DNA of 64,000 nt from Heteronotia binoei (lineage: Eukaryota), in contig NC_083227.1 of assembly GCF_032191835.1 (NCBI RefSeq), forward strand, positions 21,266,001 through 21,330,000, in the 5' to 3' direction. Position numbers and translations under genes: made by a program. The notes beneath the pieces are model-generated. The model was not told the origin of the DNA, ran no database searches, and was given only the letters and a program-made list of their open reading frames with translations. How positions within the stretch are numbered: the stretch's first letter is position 1; each line of letters starts with the position of its first letter. Below, piece by piece: positions 45,903 to 58,233 of this stretch.

Positions 45903-48324
45903 ATTCGGTGCTTGGTCAATCTCAGGAAAAACTGGAACCGTTCTTGTCAATGTTAATACCTTGGCACCGGCTGTCAGTGGGGGTAGTGGCTAGCTACGAT
46001 GCTCTTGGGTGACCTCGGGCCAGTCTCTCTTGAACATTATTATGAGAATAAAATGAAGGAGTGGGGGACTGCATATACCAAACTAAGCTCTTTGGGTTAA
46101 GCTAGCTACTTTTCCTTTCAGCGTCTCCTTGCCTTTTGAAATCCCTGTTTAACCTCCTTGGGGCAGGAATCCATGTTTCGTTTACGATTCTCTCTAAAGC
46201 GATGACTCTAAAAACGATAATCACATGTGAGAGAGAGAAAACAGATTTTAACCAGAGGGAGTACCTTCAGCCTGCCTTGGAGTTTTCTTTTTCTGCATAG
46301 AGGCTTGGGGTTAGGGAAAGGGGTGGTTTCTGACCGCTTTTATGGAGGCACATGCATGTGGTTTTGGGCGAATGGCTGATTTGTGTGACATTGTTCCTAC
46401 TGTTCCATCCCACATGTCTTTTTGGAGACTGGTAAAAGGTCACAAGCAGGCCTCAGATTCAGCAGCAGCTCACAGGAATGCAGCTCCTGAAGCTTTCTGA
46501 GGGTACCCCCTCTTCCTTCCCACCTACCTTGTCCATTGAATAGTAGGTGCAGCTGCATAACAATCCTTGGATTAGGAGAGCAGGCAGCCAGCCAGCCACC
46601 AGGAGCTTTCCCACGCTCCCTTCAGCCCTCATTAACCCCTGGAGAAGCCTGCACCACCCTTTCTCCACTTCTTTTGTGATTTTGGGTGGTGGGTGGCTTG
46701 CTGGTTTTTTGACTGGGGGGGGGGGTGGCCCAGGAGAGCCCCAGGTGAGCGAAGCCTGCTTGGGCTGGCTGGATCTCTAGCCAACCCAAGCAGGCTTCAC
46801 TCACCCAGGGCTCTCCTTTCTTGCATTAGGTTGCTTTTGGCTGGGGATAGTGGCATATGCAAATGAGCTCCGCCACATATTTTTCTACAAAACAATCACA
46901 GGTATAATCCAGAACTTCCAAAGTTCCTTTGGATTTGGTGGGAGCAGAGAGGGAAGCTCAGACACCTTTTAAAGTCTTGTTCATTACAATGGAAGAATGA
47001 AGTGCTTATTCTGGGTTGTATTTGGCTGGCTGTTTTACTAGAGAAAGGAGAGCAGTCTTCGAAGAGATCGCTAAGTTTGCTTTTATTTGCTGAAAAGGAG
47101 GTATCTCTGTCAGGGACTCCTTTTCCTACATAAATGAACAGGGAGCAACTTTAAAAAAAAAAAATGACCAAGGAATTTCTTGTTTTGTGGTTTTTGGACT
47201 CTACATCCAACCCCAGAATGCTCATTAATACCTTGCATTTATTCCTGATTGTTGGGATTTGTGTGTTCAGTATCCTTTATTATTTCAGTCAAGATTTGAT
47301 TAAAATTGAATTGTGGTATGTGTTCGTGGTCTGTATTAGGTTTTCTGAACCTGAGTATCCACAATCCACTAGATTGGTTGGCTTTAAAAAGGGTCTGGAT
47401 GAACCACATTTAGCATTTAAGGCTGTTATCTGTGACTCAGTAGACCTCCATTTTTATAAACAGTATATCTGAATACCATGTTGTTGTGGATGTAAAATGG
47501 GGAAAGCCTAATTTAATTATTTGAAAAAATTCTACACTGCCTTTCCAGGTTCCCTGCCCAAGTTGGCTTACAAAATAAAATACAATAAAAACATCAAACG
47601 TCAAAAAGGAAATAGCTTTCTGTCCTGGTTGTGGGCTTGATGGGGAAACAAGGTGCTGGCCTAGCTTGAAATTTGGTCTGCTGCAGCAAGGCTTAGATAA
47701 ATTCATGATGGACAGCAGTGAATCATTTTTCCGGAGTGGACTCAGAGGTTAGAACGCTTCTGGTTGCTGGGAGCTGGGGGGCAGACAACAGGCTCTATCT
47801 GTGGACTTCTCTATTGTCTCAGCCAATGGGGGAGCCTAAGCCAATGGAGAAAATAGAGGTTTTGCTCTGTAGCGCCTCAGCAAGCCTTGCAAAGCAAGCT
47901 GTTATGCAGAAGGAAGCAAGAGAGAGGGAGAAGGAAGCAGATGACAGTCAGTTGCTCGGGGGCCTGATAGGAGCCCTCCGGGGGCCTTATTTGGCCCCCA
48001 AACTGCATGTTTGACATCCTTACCTTAAACATTAAGCTTATCTATAGGGGCAGAAGCTTTCACAGACTAGTGCCTGCTTCCATCAGACATGTGACAGACT
48101 CTTAGCTAGCAAGTTTCTCAGTGTTAGAACATCTGCTTTGCATGCAGAAGGTCCCAGATTCAATCCCCAGCATCTCCAATTAAAAAAAAAAACAAGCAGG
48201 TGATGTGAAAGACCTCTACCCAAGACCCTGGAGAGTGGCTGCCAATCAGAGTAGATCACTTGAATCTTGATGGACTGAGGATCTAAGGCAGCTTCATATG
48301 TGTTCACTACACAGGCATAGAAAG

Positions 48325-48572
48325 TAAAGGTAAAGATAGTCCCCTGTGCAAGCACAAGTCGTTTCCGACTCTGGAGTGACACTGCATCACGTTTTCATGG
48401 CAGACCTTTTACGGGGTGGTTTGCCATTGCCATCCCCAGTCATCTACACTTTTCCCCCCAGCAAACTGGGTACTCATTTCACCGACCTCAGAAGGATATA
48501 AGGCTGAGTCAACCTTGAGCCAGCTACCTGAGCCCAGCTTCCGCCAGGATCAAACTCAGGTCATAAGCAGGT
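48325..48572 (-). mobile_element. Sauria-type SINE
   Basis: Reverse complement of the 12285 unit. Confidence 0.75.
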
Positions 48573-49929
48573 TTGTACTATTTTACTAGAGTTGACAAAG
48601 AGAATTTTTTTTCTCCCTCTCAGTTTAGGACAGACAAAAGGAAATACTTCTTTACACAGAGGTAATTAAAATGTGAGGTTTGCTGCCAGAGGATGTAGTG
48701 ATGGCCACCGAAATAAATAGTTTTATAAGGGGATTAGACAGATTTATGGAGGATAAGTCTATCAGTGGCTACTAGCCATGGTGGCTGAGGGGAACCTCCA
48801 CATTCAGAAGCAGTCAGCCTCTGAATCCCAGAGTCAGGTGGCAACATCAGGGGAAGGCCTCAGCCTCTATGCCCTGTTGGCCCTCTAGAGGAACTGGTCT
48901 CTCACTGTGTGAGGCAGGATGCTAGACTGGGTGGACCACTGGTCTGATCCAGTAGGGCTCTTCCTATTGTCCTGCTTACAAACAGTCACTGTGTGCATAC
49001 CCGAGTTGCAAATTGTACCCCTTACGTTTTAAATCCCTCTGATTGCATTATTTACCTCCGTGCCCATGTATATTTATTTCTGCCAGCATTTCACACATCT
49101 AATAAAGTCCACAAAAGTCTCTGCCACAATAAACGCAGTACGTATAGCAGTGCCGCTATTATCCTCCCGCTCTTCTGCCAAGTAAATTGCAAAGTATTAA
49201 AATGCATACCTGTACATGGCAAATTGTCCCGGCTCCTCCCAAGCTGGTTTCACTCACCTGTTCTTTGTAGCCATGGGCTAGAAAATCTGAACTGGGCAAT
49301 TTGCATCAGCGAGGTGCCAAGACAGGAACACTTGCTCTGTTCCTATTTCTCTCTAGAGGTCATATGAAATGCAGCTATATTAATACAATACTTCTGGTTC
49401 CCTGTTCAATATGCTCTCAGGTGGGGCAGCCAGTGCACAGAAATGCTAGCCTATAGGGAAATTTTGCTCCCATCTCTATTATGCCTCCGTTCCTCATAGC
49501 CTAGGGAAGCATTCAAATGAAAACCTGAAGTGAGGATTGATCCAGGGGGGCAGCTGTGTTGGTCTGAAGCAGTAGAACAAAGTAGGAGTCCAGTAGCACC
49601 TTTAAGACCAACAAAGTTTTATTCAGAATGAAATTGTTCAAGTGGACTTTTTTTTTTTAATAAAGTGAACAGGACTCTAAATTGAGAACACAGTTCGGTT
49701 CCAGTGCCACCTCAGTTTTATTCCCCTCAGGGGCAACACAGTTTTATTCAAGGTCTTTTGTGTGCATGTGCACTTCTTCAGACACCTGAATAAAACTTTG
49801 TTGGTTTTTCAAGGTGCCACTGGACTCAAACTTTGTTCTGTTGCTTCAAACTAACATGGCTACACAACCAGGACTCTAACTTGAATGTATGAAGTGTCAG
49901 GCAGTTTTTGTCTTGCATTGACCATGATG

Positions 49930-50193
49930 ACGACGACGCTGGATTTATATCCCATCTTCCACTCCAAATCTCAGAGTGGCTCACAATCTCCTTTATCTTC
50001 CTCCCCGACAACAGACACCCTGTGAGGTAGGTGGGGCTGAGAGAGCTCTCCCAAAAGCTGCCCTTTCAAGGACAACTCTGCCAGAGCTATGGCTGACCCA
50101 AGGCCATTCCAACAGCTGCAAGTGGAGGAGTGGGGAATCAAACCCGGTTCTCCAAGATAAAGAGTCCACACACTTAACCACTGCACCAAACTG
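49930..50193 (-). mobile_element. Family 2 SINE
   Basis: Reverse complement of the family 2 unit. Confidence 0.75.
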
Positions 50194-53047
50194 ACTCTGT
50201 TATGTATCATGCTTTGGATATGTTTTCTGATTTTGTACTCCAAGGTTTTCTTCTTTCAGTGTTAGTACGTATTAAACAGTTTTCATTGTGTTGGCTTCTC
50301 ATTCTGTAATTTGCCTTGAGTCTCAATGAGAGGACAGCGTATAAGTGAAGTAAGAAATGGTTCCAGACAATTTTTAAAAATGTTATTTACTGTGCCTTTC
50401 CAGGTAGGAAGACTTGTGCCTGTAAGAGTGAAAACAAAGGCAGATGTTCAACAGGTGCAGCTCCTCCACACCCTTTGTTCATATCTATGAAACATACCCT
50501 CTGATTCTTTTACATCTGAATGTAGGACTGACAACAACTTTTTTTCCCAGGCAGGGTTCATGTGCACAGTAACCAGAAGTTCGACTGGTAAAGTTTCTCC
50601 CCTCACGGAAGCTCTACTGCTGCTAAGGAGCACTGCTAGGAGGAAAGCTGGCAGCCCTATTAAGAGGCCCTATCACCCAGAATTAGATGTAACTATATCC
50701 TCAGGTGAACAAAAGGCATTCTATTCATGCTCAGATACACTCTTGCTGCTTTTAAATGTTTCATTTTTTCTAGCAACCCTACAAGCAGCTTGATGGTGCC
50801 TTTTCACAGGAAAAACAACACAGGTGGGAGTGTTTAAAATCTCCTTACTCCTACTGATCCCTCTCTAAGTCCACTATTTCAGAAACTGCAAACTGTAGGG
50901 GGGGTAGGTGGGTTGAGGAAAGACACCAGTTAATATGCTGAAAATTTGGTGCCTCTATCTCAAATAAACAGCTCCCCCAGAGCCCCAAATACCCATGGAT
51001 CGATTCTGATAACCCAGCCTCCAACTGGGGATTGGCAACCCCATGAGATCTTGAAAAACCCACCAATCAGAATTTTGGATGGGCGTGCTGGGCGATTATA
51101 TATGAGAACCAGCTTGCTGTAGAAGAGCAGTGAACTCTATTTTGGAGAACTGGGTGTGAATCTCCACGCCTCCATATGCAGCCAGCTGGGTGATTTTGAG
51201 TCACACGGTTCTCTCAGAGCTCTCTCAGCCCCACCTACCTCACAGGGTGGTTGTTGTGGGGAAAGGAAGGGAAGGTGATTGTAAGCTGCTCTGAGACTCC
51301 TTCAGGTAGTTAAGAGCAGGGTATAAAAACCAACTCTTCTTTTTCTAAAGCCCAAGGCACTACCAGTGTGATGAATGACCAGTGTTTTCAGAGCACTAAT
51401 TGTAACTGATATTTTTAATACCCAATTTTTCTTGTTTTTAAAACAAGGCTTTTATTTTTGAATGGACATTCTCATGTCAGAAAATAAAAGGGTGTTGTTT
51501 TTTTTAATTGCACTTGGGTACGGCAATGCAACTCACAGGTCACTTCCTGGCTGTGGATCTGATTCAAGCACACTGCCTGTCAGTGGAAGCAATGCACATT
51601 CTGCTGAGAACAGTGTGAACCACTCAGTCACCAAGTTGCGAGATATCCAGAGCTCTGGAATATGCAGAGATTAAAAGATTCAGCTGAGATTGTGAGGGAG
51701 CACAGGAGAAGTCGCCATTTTAAGGCAGTGTTCTTCAAACGCCTAACAGCTTTCATGCTGTTTTTCATGAAATTCAAATAATAGAAAGTATTATAAAGAG
51801 CAATAGGAAGTATTACAAAGAGCAGAACTTTGCTCAGAACTAGAAACATCACACAAGGCTTCCTTCTGAGCCAGACCCTCCTTCCATCAGGCCGGCACTA
51901 GCCCTCCAGGATCTCCAGCTGAGGCCTTTCACCTCATGTGATCCTTTTTTACGGAATACGCCAGACCCTGGAACCAAGGACAATTTGCACAAAAACAAAC
52001 ATTACAAAAGTGAATCTCAGGATAGTGAGCAGAGACATCCAGTTTAGTTTCAAGAAACATGTTCTCTCAAGTCAAATGGTTCAAAAATGGTTTATTTTTA
52101 AAATTAGGAAATGACTATGTGCTTTGTTCCTCAAAGGCCTTTCTTTAACCTGCACCCTTCTACAGACAGGATCCAATGAGCACTAACCATAGAGTTGCCA
52201 ACTGACTTAGCACTAGCCAGGCCTGTCCCTTAAAAAACCCTTTGTCTGGAAGCTAGGCCATGAGGGCCCAATCACCATGACAACAAAAGGAAATTCTACT
52301 TTACAGAGAGCGTGATTAAAATGTGGTATTCGCTGCCAGAAGATGTAGTGATGGCCACAGCAATAAATGGCTTTAAAAGAGAATTAGATAGATTTATGAA
52401 GGATAAGTCTATCAATGGCTACTAGCTGTGGTGGCTGAGGGGAACATCTACATTCAGAGGCACTAATCCCAGAACCAGAAGGGAACCTCAGGGGAAGGTC
52501 TCGGCTTCTGTACTCTGCTATTGGCTGCCCAGAGGAACTGGTTGGCCATTGTCTGAGATGGGATGCTGGATCAGATGGACCATTGGTCTGATCCGACTTA
52601 GCCACACATATCAGGGGAGAATGATGGCTGTGTGGCTAAGTGGAAGAGAATCTACTTGGCATGCAGGTCCCAGGTTCCATCCCTGGTACCTCCAGTTGAA
52701 AGCTTAAATTAGTAGGTGTTACAAAAGACCTCTGCCAGAGACCCTGGAGAGCCAGTGCCAGCCTAAATGGACAAAACTGACTTCTAGGGGCCAAAGTCTG
52801 ATTCAGTATAAGGCAGCTTCATGTGTTCATGTGTAGGGCACCCAAGCTCTTTGCAGAAGGGCAGTATAAAAAGATGATAGATTGGGTAGAAAAGACGAGT
52901 TGAGGAGTGGTAAAATTTACCTCACACCATGGCTGGCAACCTCCCCCGCCTCCTCCTTCCCCACAAGCATGAACAGTAGATCAGCATTAACCCAAAAGTG
53001 TACATTTAAAAAAGAGGCCTTCTTGGTTCAGTGAAAACCCACCATAA

Positions 53048-53749
53048 TCAAGAATCATCCATGAAGTAGTTTGCCAGGGCCTCTCGCACCAAGTTCCCGT
53101 CCTGTGTGTCCTGGGCAGATGTGGGGAACTTCAAGTGCCCCTCAGGAGGTTGGTCCCACACTCCATCTTGTGCCCACGGCCCATCGAGCAAGGCATGCCC
53201 ACGGTTCTCACAGATATTGTGCAGCACGACCGAGCCTACCACCACAGGGATGATGTTTTCCTCCGCGACCTCCAAACGGGTGGCCAGGCACCTCCACCGC
53301 CCCTTCAGCCGCCCAAAGGCATGTTCAGTCACCTTCTTGCAGTCGTTCAGGCGGGAATTGAACCGCTCTTCATGAGGATTGAGGTCGCCTGTGAAAGGTC
53401 TCATGAGCCACTTCTTCAGAGGGTAGGAATCATCACCCAAGATCAGAGGTGGAATCTCCACATCACCAAGGGTCATTGTAGGGTTCCCAGGGACGAATGA
53501 CCCCTGGTCCATTGCCTCGCAGAGAGCCAAGTTTCGAAAGAAGGAGCCGTCCTTATCTTTTCCGCACCAGCTGAGCTCAATGTCAATGAAACGGCCCCTG
53601 TGGTCCACTGTCCCTTGCATCGACATGGGGAAAAAACCCTTCTGGCTGACATTGGTTCCCTTTCGAACAGTGCAGATGATGGGGATGTGGGTCCTGTCTA
53701 TGACCCCCACACAGTTGGGAAACCCCATTTCTGCAAAGCCCTCCATAAC
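53048..53749 (-). CDS. Harbinger-derived gene, DDE catalytic-domain exon
   Basis: 233 codons plus stop; D207, D256, D295, E331. Confidence 0.9.
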   Translation of the reverse strand, partial: VMEGFAEMGFPNCVGVIDRTHIPIICTVRKGTNVSQKGFFPMSMQGTVDHRGRFIDIELSWCGKDKDGSFFRNLALCEAMDQGSFVPGNPTMTLGDVEIPPLILGDDSYPLKKWLMRPFTGDLNPHEERFNSRLNDCKKVTEHAFGRLKGRWRCLATRLEVAEENIIPVVVGSVVLHNICENRGHALLDGPWAQDGVWDQPPEGHLKFPTSAQDTQDGNLVREALANYFMDDS

Positions 53750-56700
53750 CTTCAAAATGAAAAGATTGAGAAATTAAGACATTTTCTAACGGTCCCTCTA
53801 TTTTCTTAGTGCTGTAGTCTTTGAGCTTTTCATTTTGGACTTACATTTAACCCTCACATGGGGACTAAACTATTTTTTTTAAATCCTTTTGGTTTTAATC
53901 TGCTGCTGCTTTGAGATGCAGGGGTTTTAATTTATATACGGTATTATGTGCTGTGTTCCCTCTAAACTGTTAGCATGAACTAGCTCACAGATTTTAAGCC
54001 TCCAGCTCACACATTTTTGTCTTAGCTCAGGAAAAATGGCCCCAGAGCACACTAATTTATGCAGTAGCTCCCTTCATGCCAATAGCTTACAACTTTAATG
54101 CCAGTAGCTCACAAAGTAGAATTTTTGCTCACAAGACTGTGCAGCTTAGAGGGAACATTGATTATGTGCTATCCTTTTATACATACTCTCGTAGAATCAT
54201 AGAGTTGGGTCTTCTAGGGTCACCTAGTCCAACCCTCTGTACAATGCAAGAGCTTTAGAAGTACCTCCCCCCACACCTACAGTGACCCCTGCTCCAAGCC
54301 CAGAAGATGACAAAAAAAAAAAAACCCCACCAAACCTCTCCAGGATCCCTGGCAAAACTAGCCTAGAGAAAAATTGCTGCCTGACAAAGTGGCAAACACT
54401 TCTTTCCCTGGGCGTGTAAGAAGCAGCCATGAGAACTAAGCACTGATGCAACCCTTCCTGCCTTCACTGTCATGACCTGCCTGAGTTCACGTAATCAGCA
54501 TTGCTGTCAGATGGCCATCCAACCTCTGTTTAAAAACCTCCAAAGAAGGAGAGACCACCACCTCCTGAGGAAGCCTGTTCCACTGAGGAACTGCTCTAAC
54601 AGTCAGGAAGTTCTTCATAATGTTAAGCCATAAACTCTTTTGATTTAATTTCAACCCATTGGTTCTGGTCCAACCTTCTGGGGTAACAGAAAAACTCTGC
54701 ACCATTGTCTATATGACAGCCCTTCAAGTACTTGAAGATGGTGATCATATCACCTCTCAGTTGTCTCATCTCCAGGCTAAACATACTCAGCTTCTTCAGC
54801 CTTTCCTCAAAGGACTTGGTCTCTCATGTTCATAATATTTTAGTCTGCTGCTTTTTGTCATTTCTTTGCCCTGAACTGGATAGCTTAGGCTAGCCCATTT
54901 TTTGTCAGCTAAGTCATGTTGGCCCTGCTTAATACCTGAATAATCGATCACCAAGGAAGTCCAGAGCTGCATCGCTGAGGCAGGCAAACCCCATCTCAAG
55001 AGATGAAAGCAGTGGTTTGCCATTGCCTGCCCACGTCTCTCACCTGAATACCTTGTCACTGTAAGTCACCTGGGACTTGGCAGCACTTTACACACACAAG
55101 GTTAGCATTCTGTCATTTGCTGCTGTCATTTGACAGTATGTGTATTAGAGTGTCAAGACTTAGGATCTGAGAGACCCAAGTTCAAATCCCCATGAAAACT
55201 TGCTGTGTGACTGTGGGCCAGTCAAATCATTCTCTCTCAGCCTAACTTGCCTCAGAGGGTTGTTATGAGGGTAAAATAAGGGAGAGGAGAACAAGGTAAG
55301 CCCCTTTGGGTCCTTACTGGGGAGAAAGGCCGGGGTACAAATGAAGTAAATTAAACAGTATATGTATATCTGAGTCACCTTATGTTTTGTGTCATGCTTT
55401 ATTGGTTTTTAAAAAAAATCCACTTGTGGATTCTCAAAGAGAAAAGTGGGAAATGAATTTCTTTTAAAAAATTATTGCATTGTGGGATGGAATTGCCATT
55501 TGGCCTATAGGGAGAGATCCCAGTAGGCCACTGACTTGGAAGGCCACTGACAGCCAGGAGCAAGCAGCACCAAGCCCTAATAGCTCTGCCCATGCTCAGG
55601 AACCACCCAGACTTCACCAACTGTGCCAATGGTGGGTGCTGTCTCAACTACAACCTCCTCTTTGGGGATGCAGTGGATGAGCTGATACTTATTGCTGGCA
55701 GGGTCTAAACTGAGTGGCCCCTGCAGCCCTTAGCTTGTAGCGCTGTCATTGGGGCCAGTCTCCCTGATTCACTCCTTTGTGTCATCATTTGGCAGTAGTA
55801 ATACAATACAGCTCTTCCCAGCCTATAAAGTTCTTTGACAATGTTTTTATTTGTGGAGCCCAGATAGAAAAGCGGGAAATTCACTTCCTATATCCAGGGT
55901 TCCTAAACTTTTTGAGCCTGAGGACACCTTTGCAATACTGACACAGTGTGGTGGGGGCAGTCACAAAATGGCTACCACAGGATGCAGAGTAATTGACAAA
56001 TTGGCTGCTGCAGCTTACCTTCAGTCACACTCTGAAGACCCTGGTGCTGTGGTGGCAGCTGCCACCAAAGCAACATTAAAAAAAAAACCCTGCAATCCCA
56101 GTCTCATCAGATCTCAGAAGCTAACAGGGTCGACCTTGACAAGAACTTGGATGGGAGACCTCCTTGGAATACCAGCAGTCGGGACGAGAGAGGCAGTCTT
56201 TATTCAGCCACCTCTCCAGATACCCTCCTGAAGTTACCAGAAGTTGCCATGACTTCCAGGTGCAGAGGTTGCCGAGGCTTTTTTGTAGCACAAGCTCTTT
56301 TGCATATTAGGCCACACACACCCCGATGTAGTCAATCTTGCTGGAGCTTACAGTAGGCACTGTACTACGAGCCCTGTAAGCTCTTGGAGGATTGGCTAAA
56401 TCAGGGAGGTGTAGCCTAATAGGAGAGCCAGTTTGGTGTAGTGGTTAAGTGTGCGGACTCTTATCTGGGAGAACCGGGTTTGATTCCCCACTCCTCAACT
56501 TGCACGTGCTGGCATGGCCTTGGGTCAGCCATAGCTCTGGCAGAGGTTGTCCTTGAAAGGGCAGCTGCTGTGAGAGCCCTCTCCAGCCCCGCCCACCTCA
56601 CAGGGTGTGTGTTGTGGGGGAGGAAGGTAAAGGAGATTGTGAGCTGCTCTGAGACTCTCCGGAGTGGAGGGCGGGATATAAATCCAATATCTTCTTCTTC

Positions 56701-58021
56701 TTCTAATATGCAAATGAGTTCCTGCTACAGCCAGCAGCAAGCAGAACCAAGCCCGGGTAGCTCTGCCCATGCTTGGGTCCAGAGGAGAGCGATGAAGATG
56801 GTGGTGAGGGGTCTAGAGACCAAGTCCTATGAAGGAAGGTTGAGGGAGCTGGGTATGTTTAGCCTGGAGAGGCAGCAGCTGAGAGGTGATATCATCACCA
56901 TTTTCAAGTACTTGAAGGACTGTCATATAGAGGATAGTGCAGAATTGTTTTCTGTGACCCCGGAAAATAGGACCAGAACCAATGGCTTGAAATTAAATCA
57001 AAAGAGTTTCCATCTCAACACTGTGAAGAACTTCCTGACCGTCAAAGTGGTTCCTCAGTGGAACAGGCTTCCCCAGGAGGTGGTGGGCTCTCCTTCTTTG
57101 GAGGTTTTTGAGCAGAGGCTAGATGGCCATCTGACAGCAATGAGGATCCTGTGATTTTTAGGGGGAGGTGTTTGTGAATTCCCTGCATTGTGCAGGGGGT
57201 TGGATTAGATGACCCTGGAGGTCCCTTCCAACTCTATGATTCTGACTTCCAGGTGCCTTCCTAGACAAAAGACCCACCTAGCCATACCCACTTTCTAAAA
57301 ACACTTCATGGGTGCCAGTAAAGGTGTCGCCAAACACCATGGTGCCAACGAGCACCACGTTGGGGACCTCCCCTGCTCTAAATTTAAAAAAAAATGTATT
57401 ATTAACATCAGCACAAAATGCTGGAGCCCATCCTCCTGACGCAAAAGGGCGTACCTCTTTGGGGTCTTGGAGAGCCACCACGTCCTTGAAGAGCAGCTTC
57501 TCAATGGCCAGGCAGACCTCGATGAAGACCTCCCCGACGGTGGAGCGCCCGACGCCGAAGTGGGCGGCCACGGAGCGGTAGCACTCGGTGGTGGCCAGCT
57601 TCCAGAGGGCGATGCCCACCCGCTTCTCCACGCTGAGCGGGGCCCTCATGGTGGTGGTCTGGCGCTGGAGCTCGGGGCGCAGCTTGTCGCAGAGCTCCAG
57701 GAAGGTGGCCTTGGTCATGCGGAAGCCCTGGAGCCACTGGCGGGGCTCCCACGTCTCCAGCACCACCCGTTCCCACCAGTCCTGGCTGATCTGGCGCGAC
57801 CAGAAGCGGTGGGGCCCGGCGCTGAGCTCTTCCACCAGCAGCCGGGTCTCGTTGTCCGGGCAGAGGTCGGGGAGGAGCTGGTGCAGCAGGGCCAAGTGGT
57901 TGGCCATCACCCGCCGCATGGTGCGCCGGGCCCGGGAGGCGACGGCGGTGCGGTGCAAGTGCAGGCGCACCAGGTTGTGGGTGGCCAGGATCACCAAGAT
58001 GATGGCTTCGAGGTTCTCCAT
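53048..58021 (-). CDS. Spliced PIF/Harbinger transposase-derived gene (DDE_Tnp_4, HARBI1/ALP1-like family), 422 aa; coding exons 58021-57455 and 53749-53048; probably domesticated
   Basis: 567+702 nt, phase-0 intron GAG|GTACGC...TTTTCATTTTGAAG|GTT. The junction LQDPKE-VMEGFAEMGFPNCVGVIDRTHIPI restores the Harbinger consensus. Motifs FWSRQISQDWW, FRMTKATFLELC, LSVEKRVGIALWKLAT, FGVGRSTV, LGDDSYPL, EHAFGRLKGRWRCL, VLHNICE. No stops or frameshifts. Confidence 0.9.
53951..54160. mobile_element. hAT MITE (CAGTGTTCCCTCTAAG family) in the transposase intron
   Basis: 8-bp TSD ATTATGTG at 53943-53950 and 54161-54168. Confidence 0.9.
54190..54810 (-). mobile_element. CR1 LINE 3' fragment in the transposase intron
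   Basis: WTRTNGLKLNQKSLWLNIMKNFLTVRAVPQWNRLPQEVV...LEVFKQRLD. Confidence 0.8.
56093..56176 (+). mobile_element. 5S rRNA-derived SINE head
   Basis: CCCAGTCTCATCAGATCTCAGAAGCTAACAGGGTCG...CTTGGATGGGAGACC...GGAATACC. Confidence 0.6.
56275..56730. mobile_element. Hairpin MITE interrupted by a family 2 SINE (56425-56703)
   Basis: MITE arm resumes CTAATATGCAAATGAGTTCCTGCTACA after the SINE; duplicated CTAATA. Confidence 0.75.
56790..57245 (+). mobile_element. CR1 LINE 3' fragment
   Basis: GLETKSYEGRLRELGMFSLE...QWNRLPQEVVGSPSLEVFEQRLD; CCAACTCTATGATTCT end. Confidence 0.85.
57455..58021 (-). CDS. Harbinger-derived gene, N-terminal/HTH exon (CpG island)
   Basis: 189 codons, strongly GC3- and CpG-rich; upstream acceptor TTTTTAG at 58057. 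Confidence 0.88.
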
Positions 58022-58233
58022 GACGCACGGAGGCGCACGGCAGCGTCGAGGTCTTCCTAAAAACTGGGGAGGGGGTTCTCTTTCAGAGACACGCCGGCTT
58101 GTTGATTTCTGACCGCCACTTCCCCTCTCCCCCCCCCCCAAAAGTCTCAGATCAGCGCCATAAATGAGTATTTTTTCGACACCAAAAATCGGTGGCCAAT
58201 ATTCATGCCTCCGTTCACTGTACCGGATCTCCT

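Noticed and set aside
56093-56176. 5S rRNA genes (also 3615, 15048, 39740, ~54900)
   Set aside because: Partial, heavily mutated and followed by a SINE tail
56441-57154. 237-aa ORF and many 60-120-aa ORFs starting [13 protein letters not shown] or similar
   Set aside because: Chance read-through of SINE, MITE and CR1 sequence
53048-58021. Assigning the symbol HARBI1
   Set aside because: The N-terminus, length and neighbourhood differ from vertebrate HARBI1; same superfamily but probably not the orthologue
57467-58112. Long plus-strand and alternative-frame ORFs (197, 175, 174 aa)
   Set aside because: Shadow ORFs of a GC-rich coding exon with no recognisable motifs
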